In this document: piece after piece, positions 1 through 9,591 of the stretch | Layout of the letters: each line of letters begins with the position of its first letter | Position numbering within the stretch: position 1 is the first letter of the stretch | Assembly (NCBI GenBank): GCA_004375895.1 | Contig: SOJW01000068.1 | Coordinates: forward strand, 640 to 64,639 | Reading direction: 5' to 3' | DNA length: 64,000 bases | Source: Candidatus Stahliibacteriota bacterium | GTDB lineage: Bacteria; Hydrothermota; Tepidihabitantia; B3-TA06 | Program-made: the position numbers and the translations under genes | The notes under the pieces: generated by a model | Databases searched by the model: none | Told to the model about the DNA's origin: nothing | The model's input: the letters and a program-made list of their open reading frames with translations, nothing else

Positions 1-736
1 CGGTGAATTGCATGACTTCAGGATGCCGGGGTAGGCGATTATGCTCGATGATCAGCTTGACCCTGCTTGCCTTTGCCAATCTGCCTGCATCGGTTGAGAT
101 TCCGTCAGATACGTCCATGCACGCCGAGACCTTTCCCCTAAGCGCTATCCCCAGGGCGATGCGCGGTTGGGGCCTCAGGTGTCGGGCCTTGGATTCTGGG
201 AACCCTTCCACCCCCTTCCACAGCGCCTGCTGACCAACTCGGGAAAGGCCTGGGAATCCGGAGAGATAAAGCAGGTCGCCTGCTAAAGCCCCTGAGCGAA
301 GCAGAGGATCGGTGGTCTTGCCCAGGGCGGTGCAGCTTAAGATCAGCTTATCTGACGCAACGCTATCCCCTCCTGCAATCTCTACTCCCAACCGACCACA
401 AACCTCTTCCATACCGCTATAGAGACGCTTAAGGAAATCTATCTCGCAGCGAGGGGGCGCAAAAAGATTCAGCAAGAAACAGATAGGTTCTGCACCCATA
501 GCGGCTAGGTCCGAGAGCGTCGCTGCGGCTGCCTTGAAGCCTATATCCTCTGGCGAGAAGTAGAGCCGTGAGAAGTGAACGCCCTCCTCGTATGAATCCG
601 AGGTAACAACCGTCCCGTCTCTAAGCACTAGGGCATCGTCGCCAATGCTTATACGAACCGCTGGATTCCTGGTTTTTACCCAGGTCGCAAGCCGCTCAAG
701 GAACCCCTCCTCGCCAAGGTCCTCAAGCTTCAACAT
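1..736 (-). CDS. thiL: Thiamine-monophosphate kinase, 3' end outside window (absent from ORF track because no stop in window)
   Basis: Manual translation from ATG at 736: MLKLEDLGEEGFLERL...IGDDALVL...VVTSDSYEEGVHF...SDLAAMGAEP...IAGGDSV...ACMDVSDGISTDAGRLAKAS, the ThiL motifs; overlaps mcsB stop. Confidence 0.9.
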   Translation of the reverse strand, partial: MLKLEDLGEEGFLERLATWVKTRNPAVRISIGDDALVLRDGTVVTSDSYEEGVHFSRLYFSPEDIGFKAAAATLSDLAAMGAEPICFLLNLFAPPRCEIDFLKRLYSGMEEVCGRLGVEIAGGDSVASDKLILSCTALGKTTDPLLRSGALAGDLLYLSGFPGLSRVGQQALWKGVEGFPESKARHLRPQPRIALGIALRGKVSACMDVSDGISTDAGRLAKASRVKLIIEHNRLPRHPEVMQFT

Positions 737-1790
737 CCTTAAGGGCCTCTCGGATAAGCTCGGCGCGTTTGCGGTCGCGCTGCTCCGGCGAAAGTTCCTC
801 GTCGAAGAAGAACTGCAGGTTCGCAGGTCGGGTAAGTATCATAAGCTTATTGATCTTTGCTGCATCGAGTCCTTTCAAGGAACCAAGCCCCAACCGCAAA
901 GCAGAGAGTAGGTTAAGTGCCTCCTCGCTGGTCAGGGTACGGGCATAGCGGAGAATTCCAAAGGAGCGCATGATCTTATCCTCGATGTAGGTGTCCATCT
1001 TGGTCGAAAGGTACTCTCGCGCGTCGCGCTCGTAGCGGATAAGCTGCTCTGTCATCCTGATTAAGGTCTCAACGATCTCCTCCTCGCTCTGCCCCAGGGT
1101 GCGCTGGTTGGAGATCTGGAAGATATGTCCCTTGGTCTCGGTGCCCTCGCCGTACGTGCCTCGTACTGAAAGTCCCAACTGCAGAACTCCGCGCAGGACG
1201 CGGTCTATCTCCCTGGTAACTACCACCCCAGGCACATGGATGAGTATTGACGCGCGCATCCCGGTCCCTACATTGGTAGGACAAGCGGTAAGAAATCCGT
1301 AGCGCTCGCTATAGGCAAACGGCAGCGCCGAGTTCAAACGTTCTTCGATCTCGCTCGTGCGCTTGAAGGCCTCTTTAAGGGAAAGCCCTGATGCAAGAAC
1401 CTGAAGCCTGAGATGATCCTCCTCGTTTATCATCAAACTGAATGTCTCGTCTTCTGTGGCAAAGAATCCTCTCGGCCCCTTGCTTTTCAGGAAATCCGCT
1501 GAGATCAGATGACGCTCCAGAAGGAACTGAGCTTCAAGTGGCGACAGGTCCTCCACATTGACAACCCCGCGTCCGTTAGAGATAAGCGCCTCAGCCAACG
1601 CTCGATTTATGCTGGAAACCAGTTCCTTCTGTTCCTGGGGAGACGCTTTTGGAAGGAAGGATACCCCGGCCACGTTGCGTGCAAGGCGTATCCGGGAGCT
1701 GATAACGATGTCAGCCTGGGGCCCTTTGCCTGAAAGCCAGGCTCCAACCTTACGGGCCTTCAGTCCGCTCTTCATATTTCTTGAGGTCAT
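723..1790 (-). CDS. mcsB: Protein arginine kinase McsB (ATP:guanido phosphotransferase)
   Basis: SSRIRLARN, MINEEDHLRLQ, GFLTACPTNVGTGMRAS, QISNQRTLG motifs; follows mcsA. Confidence 0.93.
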   Translation of the reverse strand: MTSRNMKSGLKARKVGAWLSGKGPQADIVISSRIRLARNVAGVSFLPKASPQEQKELVSSINRALAEALISNGRGVVNVEDLSPLEAQFLLERHLISADFLKSKGPRGFFATEDETFSLMINEEDHLRLQVLASGLSLKEAFKRTSEIEERLNSALPFAYSERYGFLTACPTNVGTGMRASILIHVPGVVVTREIDRVLRGVLQLGLSVRGTYGEGTETKGHIFQISNQRTLGQSEEEIVETLIRMTEQLIRYERDAREYLSTKMDTYIEDKIMRSFGILRYARTLTSEEALNLLSALRLGLGSLKGLDAAKINKLMILTRPANLQFFFDEELSPEQRDRKRAELIREALKDVEA

Positions 1791-2250
1791 CTCGTATCCT
1801 TGCGGCTTTTTCGTATTCCTCCTGCTGTATCGCCTTGATAAGCTGCTGTCTCAGGCGTTTCTTTTCTATCTCGACAAAAACAGGAGAAGTTTTCTGATCC
1901 CCTGCAGCCTCGCGACCGGTATGCTGGGTGGTGCCCTGGATGCGGGAGATCAACTTTTCCACATGATTCCCAAACTCCTGGTAACATCCCTCACACCCGA
2001 ATCTACCAAGGCGGCGGAACTCTGCCCAGCTCATCCCACACGCAGAACACCGCAGCTCCTCATCCTCGCCCTCCCCAAGTTCCTTGAGAAGCTCGATGAA
2101 CATCTGTGAAAGCGGCTTATGCTTCTCTAAAAGATACCCCTTCTTTGACGCACAAGCCTTGCACAGATGCCTTTCGGCAAGATTGCCGCCGGCGTCAACC
2201 TCGGTAATCAAAACCTCGGCTTCGTTCTCGTGACATTCTTCACAGAGCAT
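1750..2250 (-). CDS. mcsA: McsA, UVR-domain McsB activator
   Basis: CxxC pairs (CEEC, CKAC, CSAC, CEGC), GRFGC..CY motif and C-terminal UVR domain (EEYEKAARIRD). Confidence 0.92.
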   Translation of the reverse strand: MLCEECHENEAEVLITEVDAGGNLAERHLCKACASKKGYLLEKHKPLSQMFIELLKELGEGEDEELRCSACGMSWAEFRRLGRFGCEGCYQEFGNHVEKLISRIQGTTQHTGREAAGDQKTSPVFVEIEKKRLRQQLIKAIQQEEYEKAARIRDDLKKYEERTEGP

Positions 2251-2921
2251 TACATCTTCCCATCTATAAGGTTGTACTGTCTATCGGTGAACCTCTTAAT
2301 TATAGGATTATGTGAGACTATGACAAACGTAACCTTAAGCTTATCGTTAAGGTCAGTAAACACCCCCATGACCTCTCGTTCGGTCTCCAGATCCAGATTA
2401 CCGGTTGGTTCATCTGCCAGCACAAGACGTGGATTATGCACCAACGCCCTTGCAACGGCAACGCGCTGCTTCTCGCCCCCTGAGAGCTTGACAGGCAGGA
2501 AATCGGTGCGATCAGCCAGACCTACCTCAACAAGGACCGCATTGGCGCGCTCAAATGCCTCAGTCCTGGGAATTTTTGCTATAAGCAGGGGTAAGGCGAC
2601 ATTCTCAAGGGCAGAAAACTCAGGCAGCAGATGGTGGAACTGGAAAACGAACCCAATCTCACGATTGCGAAACTCGGCAAGCTCGGAATCGTCCATCTCG
2701 AACACGTCTTTACCGTCGAAGAAAACCTTGCCTGAGGTAGGCCTGTCAAAAGCACCCAGAAGATGAAGGAACGTGCTCTTGCCTGAACCTGAGGGGCCGA
2801 ATATCGAAACTGCCTCGCCCTTATTAAGCTTCAAAGACGCAGATCGAAGGGCATGAACCCTGTCGTCGCCGTTGATGTAAATCTTCTCCAAATCTTCCGC
2901 CACCAGAAAAATCCTACTCAT
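2250..2921 (-). CDS. lolD: Lipoprotein-releasing ABC transporter ATPase (LolD-like); start moved to ATG 2921
   Basis: Walker A GPSGSGKST, LSGGEKQRVA, LADEPTGNLD, GFVFQFHHLLPEFSALEN; follows lolC/E. Confidence 0.88.
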   Translation of the reverse strand: MSRIFLVAEDLEKIYINGDDRVHALRSASLKLNKGEAVSIFGPSGSGKSTFLHLLGAFDRPTSGKVFFDGKDVFEMDDSELAEFRNREIGFVFQFHHLLPEFSALENVALPLLIAKIPRTEAFERANAVLVEVGLADRTDFLPVKLSGGEKQRVAVARALVHNPRLVLADEPTGNLDLETEREVMGVFTDLNDKLKVTFVIVSHNPIIKRFTDRQYNLIDGKM

Positions 2922-4143
2922 AACGAATCGCCTCCACAGGATCGAGCCTTGAGGCACGTCTGGCAGGATAGAGCGTGGCAAGGAAGGTTATAATGACGGC
3001 TGCCACGGCTATCAGGATTACGTCCAACGGTTGAACCTTAACAGGCACCGTATCAATAAACCAGACCTCTGCAGGCAAGCGAATGATCTTGAATCGGTCA
3101 ATGATCCAGGAGACACCAACCCCGAAAACCGTGCCTGAGACGGTGCCAACCACCCCTATCAGCAGACCAAAATAGGTAAAGACGCGCATAACGTCTTTTG
3201 ACTTCATGCCAATCGCCCTTAAGATCCCTATCTCACGGGTCTTGCGCATCACGGTCATGATCAAAGTGCCGATTATGTTGAACGCCGCAACCAGGATAAT
3301 CAACGCAAGCACTATAAAAACGACCACCTTCTGCATCTTCAAGGCGGAAAAGAGGTTCTTGTTCTCCATGAGCCAGTCGATGGGTACGAACGGATAGCCC
3401 AGTTCGTCACGTATCTTCTGGGATACCCTGGTAGAGCGCAGGGGATCTGTAAGCTTCACCTCTACGTTGGTGATGCGATCGCCGTAGCCGAATAACTGCT
3501 GGGCGTTGCGGATGTCAATAAAAACCATCACCATGTTGTAGTCATAGAAACCCGCGTCAAAGATACCGCGAACCACGTGGTGTTTAACTATGGGGATAGG
3601 CCCTACCGGCGTCATGATAACATCCTCGGGTGAGGCGATCAGGACAGTATCACCCACCTTCACGCGCAGGTTATCTGCAAGCTGACGACCTATAACCACC
3701 CCGCGACCCTCGAACGACCACTCCCCTTCCAATGGATAGCGCGGATCGGTAATGCTTGAGGTTCGCGCCAGGAGCTCAGGATCAACCCCGCGCACAAGCA
3801 CACCCTCAGCGCCGTATTTTGACTGAATCAGGGTCTTGCGCATAAGCGCCGGGCCAAATCCAACAACCTCACGCATTTCAGAAAGCTTGGCTGCAACCCG
3901 CTCGTACTCCTCAGGTGTAATGGGATTTGAGTAAAACTTTTGAATAGTTATGTGAGGAGCTACCCCTACGATACGGTCCTTGAGCTCGCCGTTGAAACCG
4001 TTCAAAACAGACAACGCGATTATAAGTGCAGCAACGCCGACGAACACACCGGCTATGGCGATGGTGGAGATCAGGTTGTAGAAACCCTCGCCCCTGCGCC
4101 GCTGGCGTAGATAACGACGAGCAACAAAGAGATTAACGTTCAC
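2914..4143 (-). CDS. Lipoprotein-releasing ABC transporter permease (LolC/E family)
   Basis: GVAALIIALSVLNGF, NLFSALKMQK, VAAFNIIGTLIM..KTREIGILRAIG, LYPARRASRLDPVEAIRYE. Confidence 0.9.
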   Translation of the reverse strand: MNVNLFVARRYLRQRRRGEGFYNLISTIAIAGVFVGVAALIIALSVLNGFNGELKDRIVGVAPHITIQKFYSNPITPEEYERVAAKLSEMREVVGFGPALMRKTLIQSKYGAEGVLVRGVDPELLARTSSITDPRYPLEGEWSFEGRGVVIGRQLADNLRVKVGDTVLIASPEDVIMTPVGPIPIVKHHVVRGIFDAGFYDYNMVMVFIDIRNAQQLFGYGDRITNVEVKLTDPLRSTRVSQKIRDELGYPFVPIDWLMENKNLFSALKMQKVVVFIVLALIILVAAFNIIGTLIMTVMRKTREIGILRAIGMKSKDVMRVFTYFGLLIGVVGTVSGTVFGVGVSWIIDRFKIIRLPAEVWFIDTVPVKVQPLDVILIAVAAVIITFLATLYPARRASRLDPVEAIRYE

Positions 4144-5579
4144 TTTCCCTCTTCTCTAAGCTGCGGAAAGATGATTACGTCGCGGATGGTTGAAGAATCC
4201 GTAAATAGCATTACCATGCGATCTATGCCCAGTCCCAGTCCGCCCGTGGGAGGCATACCCTGCTCAAGGGTCTGGATAAAATCCTCGTCCATCACCGAAA
4301 ACTCCTCATGCCGAGCCACCTGCTCTTCGAACCGCTTGCGCTGCTCTAAAGGATCATTAAGCTCTGAAAAAGCGTTGCCGAATTCAACACCGGCGATCAC
4401 CGGCTCGAACCGCTCGACTAATTGAGGATTATTCCTGTGCACCTTGGCAAGGGGCGAGATAAGCCTGGGGTGATCGGCCACGAACGCCGGGCCGTGGATG
4501 TGATCCTGAATCAACTCGGTAAAGAGCTTATCTAACATCTTGCCGTAAGGGGCCTCATCACCTACTTCGACGTTTTTTTTCTTGCAGATGTTGCGCAATT
4601 CTTTATCGGACAAAGCCAGAGGGTCGGTGCCGATATTCTCCTGCAGGGTCGGCACAAATTCAACCCTCTGCCACGGCTTGCCGAAGTCGAACTCGGCTCC
4701 CATCCAGGTAACGGTGGTTGAACCGGTAAGCTCGGAGGCGAGGAGTCTGAACAGCTCCTCGGTAAGCTTCATCATCTGGAAGTAATCCACGTACGCCTGG
4801 TAAGCCTCAAGCATGGTGAACTCAGGGTTGTGCACCCGGTCCAGCCCCTCGTTGCGGAAGTCCTTGCCTATCTCATAAACCTTCTCGAACCCGCCCACGA
4901 TGAGCCGCTTGAGATAAAGCTCGGTGGCGATTCGCAGAAAGTAGTCGCGGTCAAGCACCCGGTAGTGGGTGCAGAACGGCTCGGCCGCAGCCCCGCCGTA
5001 TAAAGGCTGAAGCATCGGGGTCTCCACCTCAAGGAAGCCGCGCTCATCAAAGAATCGGCGGGTAAGTGCAATCAGCCTGGTGCGGAGCCTGAAGACCTCG
5101 CGCGTCTCCTGATTTACAAGCAGGTCAAGATGACGCTTACGTAGTCGCTGCTCGGTATCCTGAAGCCCGTGAAATTTCTCAGGCAGAGCGGCAAGCGACT
5201 TGGACAAGAGGGTGAACTCCTTGACGTTGACGGTCGGCTCGCCGGTCTTGGTTTTGAAGAGCGTTCCCGATACCCCGACAAAGTCACCAAGGTCAATCAA
5301 TGGGAGGGGGGCGAGGGCTTCGTCCTTGCGGATGTAGAGCTGAATCTTGCCACTCTCATCGTGCAGGTCGAAGAAGATAGTCTTGCCGAAGTCCCGCCGG
5401 GTGCGGAGCCTTCCTGCAACCTTTACCATCGTCTCAGACTCAGAGAGTTTATCGAAATTCGCCAACGCCTCGGCTGCGGTGTGGGTGCGATCGAACTTGT
5501 AAGGATAAGGCTCTATGGCTTTGGAACGCAGCTCCTCCAATTTCCGGATACGATTTTCCCTATCAGGAAGTGAAGACAT
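4140..5579 (-). CDS. lysS: Lysyl-tRNA synthetase, class II
   Basis: EPYPYKF, LSKSLAALPEKFHGL, FLEVETPML, LYLKRLIVGGFEKVYEIGKDFRNEG, GMPPTGGLGLGIDR. Confidence 0.97.
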   Translation of the reverse strand: MSSLPDRENRIRKLEELRSKAIEPYPYKFDRTHTAAEALANFDKLSESETMVKVAGRLRTRRDFGKTIFFDLHDESGKIQLYIRKDEALAPLPLIDLGDFVGVSGTLFKTKTGEPTVNVKEFTLLSKSLAALPEKFHGLQDTEQRLRKRHLDLLVNQETREVFRLRTRLIALTRRFFDERGFLEVETPMLQPLYGGAAAEPFCTHYRVLDRDYFLRIATELYLKRLIVGGFEKVYEIGKDFRNEGLDRVHNPEFTMLEAYQAYVDYFQMMKLTEELFRLLASELTGSTTVTWMGAEFDFGKPWQRVEFVPTLQENIGTDPLALSDKELRNICKKKNVEVGDEAPYGKMLDKLFTELIQDHIHGPAFVADHPRLISPLAKVHRNNPQLVERFEPVIAGVEFGNAFSELNDPLEQRKRFEEQVARHEEFSVMDEDFIQTLEQGMPPTGGLGLGIDRMVMLFTDSSTIRDVIIFPQLREEGK

Positions 5580-5585
5580 ACTTGG

Positions 5586-5613
5586 ATGATAGTCATTGAA
5601 AGCTGTAAGTCAA
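5586..5613 (-). promoter_or_regulatory. Sigma70-type promoter of lysS operon, probably leaderless
   Basis: TTGACT-16 bp-TATCAT, ATG 6 nt downstream, no SD. Confidence 0.7.
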
Positions 5614-5631
5614 CATAATCCCTCTCCCATT

Positions 5632-5661
5632 GCGATCTTTTTGCCCGCGGCAAAAAGGAGC
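5632..5661 (+). repeat. Covarying hairpin element, copy 1
   Basis: GCGATCTTTTTGCC-CGC-GGCAAAAAGGAGC. Confidence 0.8.
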
Positions 5662-5759
5662 ATTAAGGTGAGGGCGTGCGGTCTTTTTGCGAAGCCAAAA
5701 AAACCTCTTGACAAAACACCTCATCTGGTTATCTTTAGGTAAGAGAATTGGAGGTAGAC

Positions 5760-6560
5760 ATGAAACGCTTAGTAGTAAAGAGAGGGTTGATGGTGAGCCT
5801 TGTGATCCTTTTGCTTGCAATCTCAGGTTGTGATCTATTCGAGGGCGTCAACAAGATCGAATACCCCTTCACCTATCGTTTATACGAAACCCCGGGTTCC
5901 CCTGTCTCGCTTATCGTTTCTATTGATTTCTTCGATGAAACCCCTGACTTAAGTGGCGTGGATCATCAATGGGAGCTTCGCGGCGATACGATCTGGATTC
6001 TCCTGAAGGGAAACAACGAGGAAGACGAGGTCTCGGGTTCACACTCCAACACCCTTCCTGTAGACGTAGGAGCCCTGGAGAACGGAAACTACACCCTTCT
6101 TTTCGAAGGCAAAGATGAAGAACAAGACGCCTTCGTGCTTGCGGTAAAAGACAGCATCTACCTGGTGGAAGGGGAAGGCGAGGAGGTGGCTCTGTATTAC
6201 GGGGTGGACACACTGCACCGGCTTTTCGAGAACATGCTGCTGCTGGAGATGGCGTACGACACTTCCCAGGCACCGTACAGTGATTCGCTCAAGGAGGCCC
6301 TCACAGCCCTGGGCGCAGCCGAGACCGCTCTTGAACCGGGCTTCTACTCTATCTTTTCTGTCGATTCACAAGGGGAGGTGTCCGGCAGTAGAGTATCTAA
6401 TCATCCATCGTTTATCACCCACTCAGCGCTTTTTGCATACGATGGAGATACGTTGGAATTAGAAGGTGTCTTCAAAACCTACCAAGATCAATTGGAGTAT
6501 CTGAGTCTACGTATGGGTAATGGATTTGACCTTCACAAGCCTCACATCTTCGGCGAGTAA
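5760..6560 (+). CDS. Hypothetical lipoprotein
   Basis: Signal peptide with lipobox LAISGC, SD GGAGG, promoter TTGACA-16-TATCTT at 5708-5735; no family recognised. Confidence 0.7.
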   Translation: MKRLVVKRGLMVSLVILLLAISGCDLFEGVNKIEYPFTYRLYETPGSPVSLIVSIDFFDETPDLSGVDHQWELRGDTIWILLKGNNEEDEVSGSHSNTLPVDVGALENGNYTLLFEGKDEEQDAFVLAVKDSIYLVEGEGEEVALYYGVDTLHRLFENMLLLEMAYDTSQAPYSDSLKEALTALGAAETALEPGFYSIFSVDSQGEVSGSRVSNHPSFITHSALFAYDGDTLELEGVFKTYQDQLEYLSLRMGNGFDLHKPHIFGE

Positions 6561-6576
6561 GTAATCAGAGAGTCGA

Positions 6577-7590
6577 CTATTCTGCGGAAGCCTCTTCCCA
6601 CTCAACGGCTTTAGCCGCCAGTTCCGCAATATTGATGTTCACAGGGCAGGCGCGACCGCACCGTCCGCAGCCAAGGCACTGGTAGGAGCCGAACACCTGG
6701 GGGAAGTAAGAAAACTTGTGCATAAGCCGCTGGCGCCAGCGCTCGCGGCCCGACGGCCTGGGGTTGTGGCCCGAGGTCTCCAGGGTGTAGCCCTCGTACA
6801 AACAGGAGTCCCACTGACGGGAACGCAGTCCGCGCGAACCCCTGGACGCATCGCTTACGTCAAAGCAGTGGCAGGAAGGGCACACAAACGCGCACGTCCC
6901 GCACCCGATGCACGGGTTGTGGACCCTGTCCCAGAAGTTACTGTCTACCATTAACTTAAGCTTGTCCGCGATTCCTTCAAAGTTGTACTTCTCAATCTTG
7001 TCTTCCGCCCGACGGCGGTCGGCCTCCAACTGGGAGACATCCCCGACTTCCTCAACGTCCAGACCTTGGATAGCTGCCTCCCCCTTCTTCGATGGCGTCT
7101 CTATAAGATACCCATCCTCCGTAGGATAGATGAAGATGTCCGCGCCCTCGGACTTGTAAGGAGAACCCTCCACCGAGGTGCAGAAGCATGAAGGCCACGG
7201 TTCGGAGCACGCGAGACCTACGATTAACGTTCGCTCAAACCGCTGCATAAAGTAGGGATCCTTATAGCCCTCCTCCCCCACCTGGTTGAACATCCGCTCC
7301 AGTTCACCGATTCCGGCAATGTCGCAGGGACGCACACCCCACAGAACGTTGGGTTTGACCTCATCCTTGGGAAGAATCGTCTTCTGGGCCTTGAAGTAAA
7401 ACAGCACCTCGTCTTGCGGAAAGAAGACCTCTTTGGGCGAGAAGTTACCCAGAAGAACGTTGGACTGCCATTGATCGAACGAGTCTAAGGCCCGGTAGAA
7501 GTATCGGTTATCCTCTTTGGTGAGACCCACGATCTGCCGATCCTTGGAAAGATGGTCGTAGAGGGTTTTGAGGACGGGAACTTTCTTCAT
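6577..7590 (-). CDS. 4Fe-4S dicluster protein, AsrA/FlxB/sulfhydrogenase-beta family
   Basis: GVRPCD, C.EPWPSCFC, CIGCGTCAFVCPSCHCF, RQWDSC, CLGCGRCGRACP. Confidence 0.88.
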   Translation of the reverse strand: MKKVPVLKTLYDHLSKDRQIVGLTKEDNRYFYRALDSFDQWQSNVLLGNFSPKEVFFPQDEVLFYFKAQKTILPKDEVKPNVLWGVRPCDIAGIGELERMFNQVGEEGYKDPYFMQRFERTLIVGLACSEPWPSCFCTSVEGSPYKSEGADIFIYPTEDGYLIETPSKKGEAAIQGLDVEEVGDVSQLEADRRRAEDKIEKYNFEGIADKLKLMVDSNFWDRVHNPCIGCGTCAFVCPSCHCFDVSDASRGSRGLRSRQWDSCLYEGYTLETSGHNPRPSGRERWRQRLMHKFSYFPQVFGSYQCLGCGRCGRACPVNINIAELAAKAVEWEEASAE

Positions 7591-8555
7591 AAGATAAACT
7601 CCTGGGGGTCTTCCTTCTTGTATGTAGCCAGTGGCGGCAGTGCCTCGGGGTCAACGCCTGCCTCGAACCCGAAACGCTCGCGCACCACAAGGTTCATCTT
7701 CCGGGTCAGCCATAACAATTTCACTCCCATAGGACACGCCTCCTCGCACGCACCGCAGTCTACGCACCGCCCGGCCTGGTGATAGGTTCGTATAAGCTGC
7801 CATATTGCGAGATCTGTGGGCTCCAACCCCTTGTCCACCCACTTTGGCTGGGTGATGTCTACAAAGCACTCGTCGCAGTTGCAGGTAGGACACGCCTGCC
7901 GGCACGCGTAGCACCGGATGCAAGCTGACATCTCAGACATCAGGTACTGGTAACGTTCCGGGGCAGGTTTGTTCTCGAATTCGCGGATCGAGTCGTAGCC
8001 GTCGTCTTCGACGTCCGGTTCTTTGATTGAATCCCCGACTACTACATCGGAGATAACCGGGGCATGATGTCTGCAAGCCACGCAGTTGGAGGGCATTAGG
8101 TCGAAACAGGAGATTTCTTTGGTTCCCTCGGTGGTCTCAAAAGACCACTTATCACCATTGGATGAAGCGGCAACAATTTCTCCCGCCTTTTCCCTTGCCA
8201 CCTGCCTTGACAGCATTCCCGGACAGTTAACCCCGATGATGAAGAGCCGGTCCCTATCTATTTGATTTTCCTTGAGTAAGGCCACGATCGAACGGGAGTC
8301 GCAACCCTTGGCCACTATGCCTATCTTGTGCGGGGTGTTACGGGTAGTACGATATCTTAAGAGATAATTTGCGAGATTTATGAGACCGAACGACGGCCAC
8401 ACGAGTTTATCGATATCCTCGACCTTGTCGATGAACACCGGCTGGGTGCGCATGGAGTTATCACCCTGGCCGTAGCCGATTACGAAATCTACCTTGCCTT
8501 CTTGCAATATCTTGCGCGCTTCCTCGCGGATGGAATTAGTGAGAGATTTAGACAT
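7587..8555 (-). CDS. FlxC/FdhB-like Fe-S protein (F420-reductase beta N-terminal-like plus 4Fe-4S dicluster)
   Basis: KIGIVAKGCDSRS, IIGVNC, CVACRHH, CIRCYACRQACPTCNC, GRCVDCGACEEACP; start at ATG 8555. Confidence 0.85.
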   Translation of the reverse strand: MSKSLTNSIREEARKILQEGKVDFVIGYGQGDNSMRTQPVFIDKVEDIDKLVWPSFGLINLANYLLRYRTTRNTPHKIGIVAKGCDSRSIVALLKENQIDRDRLFIIGVNCPGMLSRQVAREKAGEIVAASSNGDKWSFETTEGTKEISCFDLMPSNCVACRHHAPVISDVVVGDSIKEPDVEDDGYDSIREFENKPAPERYQYLMSEMSACIRCYACRQACPTCNCDECFVDITQPKWVDKGLEPTDLAIWQLIRTYHQAGRCVDCGACEEACPMGVKLLWLTRKMNLVVRERFGFEAGVDPEALPPLATYKKEDPQEFIL

Positions 8556-9165
8556 CACCCCGATTCCATTTTTCAAAGAAGCTCAACCCTTCAAATCTCT
8601 GCAAACCGGGATCGGGAATCAAAAAGCTCTTGTATACCTTTACCTGTTTCTTCTTCGTTTTTCTGAGACGTGCAAAGCGTTTTTCACGATGCGCCAGCTT
8701 GATCTTCCAGTTCCCTCCCATTCTCTTAACTATCCCATCTCTGGTTACTTGTCGTTTAGGAGGGTTGTAAATAAAGCATTCGAGTGTCTCAAGAACCTTC
8801 GAGGGGATTACCCAGTAGGTTCCTCCATGAATCTCACGCTCTTCCTCAGGTCTAAAAGCTTCTTCAATGAAAAAGAGGTAATAATAGTTTTCACGAGTGG
8901 TATACGACTTCAAGGTCAATGCTCCTATGCTGTGCCCCCTCCTGACGTGTGCCTTACCGTGGAACCTGGGCCGCACCACTAATTCTATCTCCAGATATTC
9001 AGATTTCCCTTTAACGTTACGTTTAATAATCCATGTACGCGGCCTCACTTCTCCATAAGGAAGGTACAACTGGCAACCCAGATTCAACAGCTTTAACATA
9101 ATAATAGTTTCAGCATAGTCAACTTCATTCATGTTATCTAGAATTGAACTCACGCTCTCATTCAC
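8548..9165 (-). CDS. Hypothetical basic protein, N-terminus resembles PD-(D/E)XK group-I-intron-like endonucleases with degenerate active site
   Basis: AETIIMLKLLNLGCQLYLPYG resembles E..v...Ll..G..V..P.G motif; canonical D and QxK not seen; overlaps both neighbours. Confidence 0.5.
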   Translation of the reverse strand: MNESVSSILDNMNEVDYAETIIMLKLLNLGCQLYLPYGEVRPRTWIIKRNVKGKSEYLEIELVVRPRFHGKAHVRRGHSIGALTLKSYTTRENYYYLFFIEEAFRPEEEREIHGGTYWVIPSKVLETLECFIYNPPKRQVTRDGIVKRMGGNWKIKLAHREKRFARLRKTKKKQVKVYKSFLIPDPGLQRFEGLSFFEKWNRGDV

Positions 9166-9589
9166 TTGGCCAATCCCTTTTCTTCAAAAACTGACTAGTA
9201 TCCTTAACCTGCTTGACTCCGTCGGTTACTTCCTTGACCACCTCGGCGAACTTACCGCCCTCGGCGGCAGAGACCCAGGAGAAGCGAACCCGGCCTTTTT
9301 CCAGACCCACGTATTCGAGCAAGTCGAGCATCGTTGCGAACTTGCGGCGGGCGTAGTAGTTGCCTTCAAGGTAGTGACAGTCCCCGGGATGACATCCGGA
9401 CACCAGCACCCCGTCAGCGCCTTCCTGAAGCGCTTTAAGGATAAACTGGGGGTTCACCCGTGCCGAGCAGGGCACGCGTAAGACACGCAGTGTCGTAGGA
9501 TACTGGATACGCGAGGTCCCTGCCAGGTCAGCACCGGCATAGGAGCACCAGTTGCATAAGAAAGCCAGGATTTTCGGATCATCGTTCAT
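9158..9589 (-). CDS. mvhD: MvhD/FlxD [2Fe-2S] subunit
   Basis: KILAFLCNWCSYAGADLAG, RVPCSARV, GCHPGDCHY, WVSAAEG. Confidence 0.93.
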   Translation of the reverse strand: MNDDPKILAFLCNWCSYAGADLAGTSRIQYPTTLRVLRVPCSARVNPQFILKALQEGADGVLVSGCHPGDCHYLEGNYYARRKFATMLDLLEYVGLEKGRVRFSWVSAAEGGKFAEVVKEVTDGVKQVKDTSQFLKKRDWPSE

Positions 9590-9591
9590 AT

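Noticed and set aside
1-722. clpC downstream of mcsB, and the + strand ORFs 3-233 and 645-911
   Set aside because: The minus-strand frame translates cleanly as ThiL; the + ORFs are shadows.
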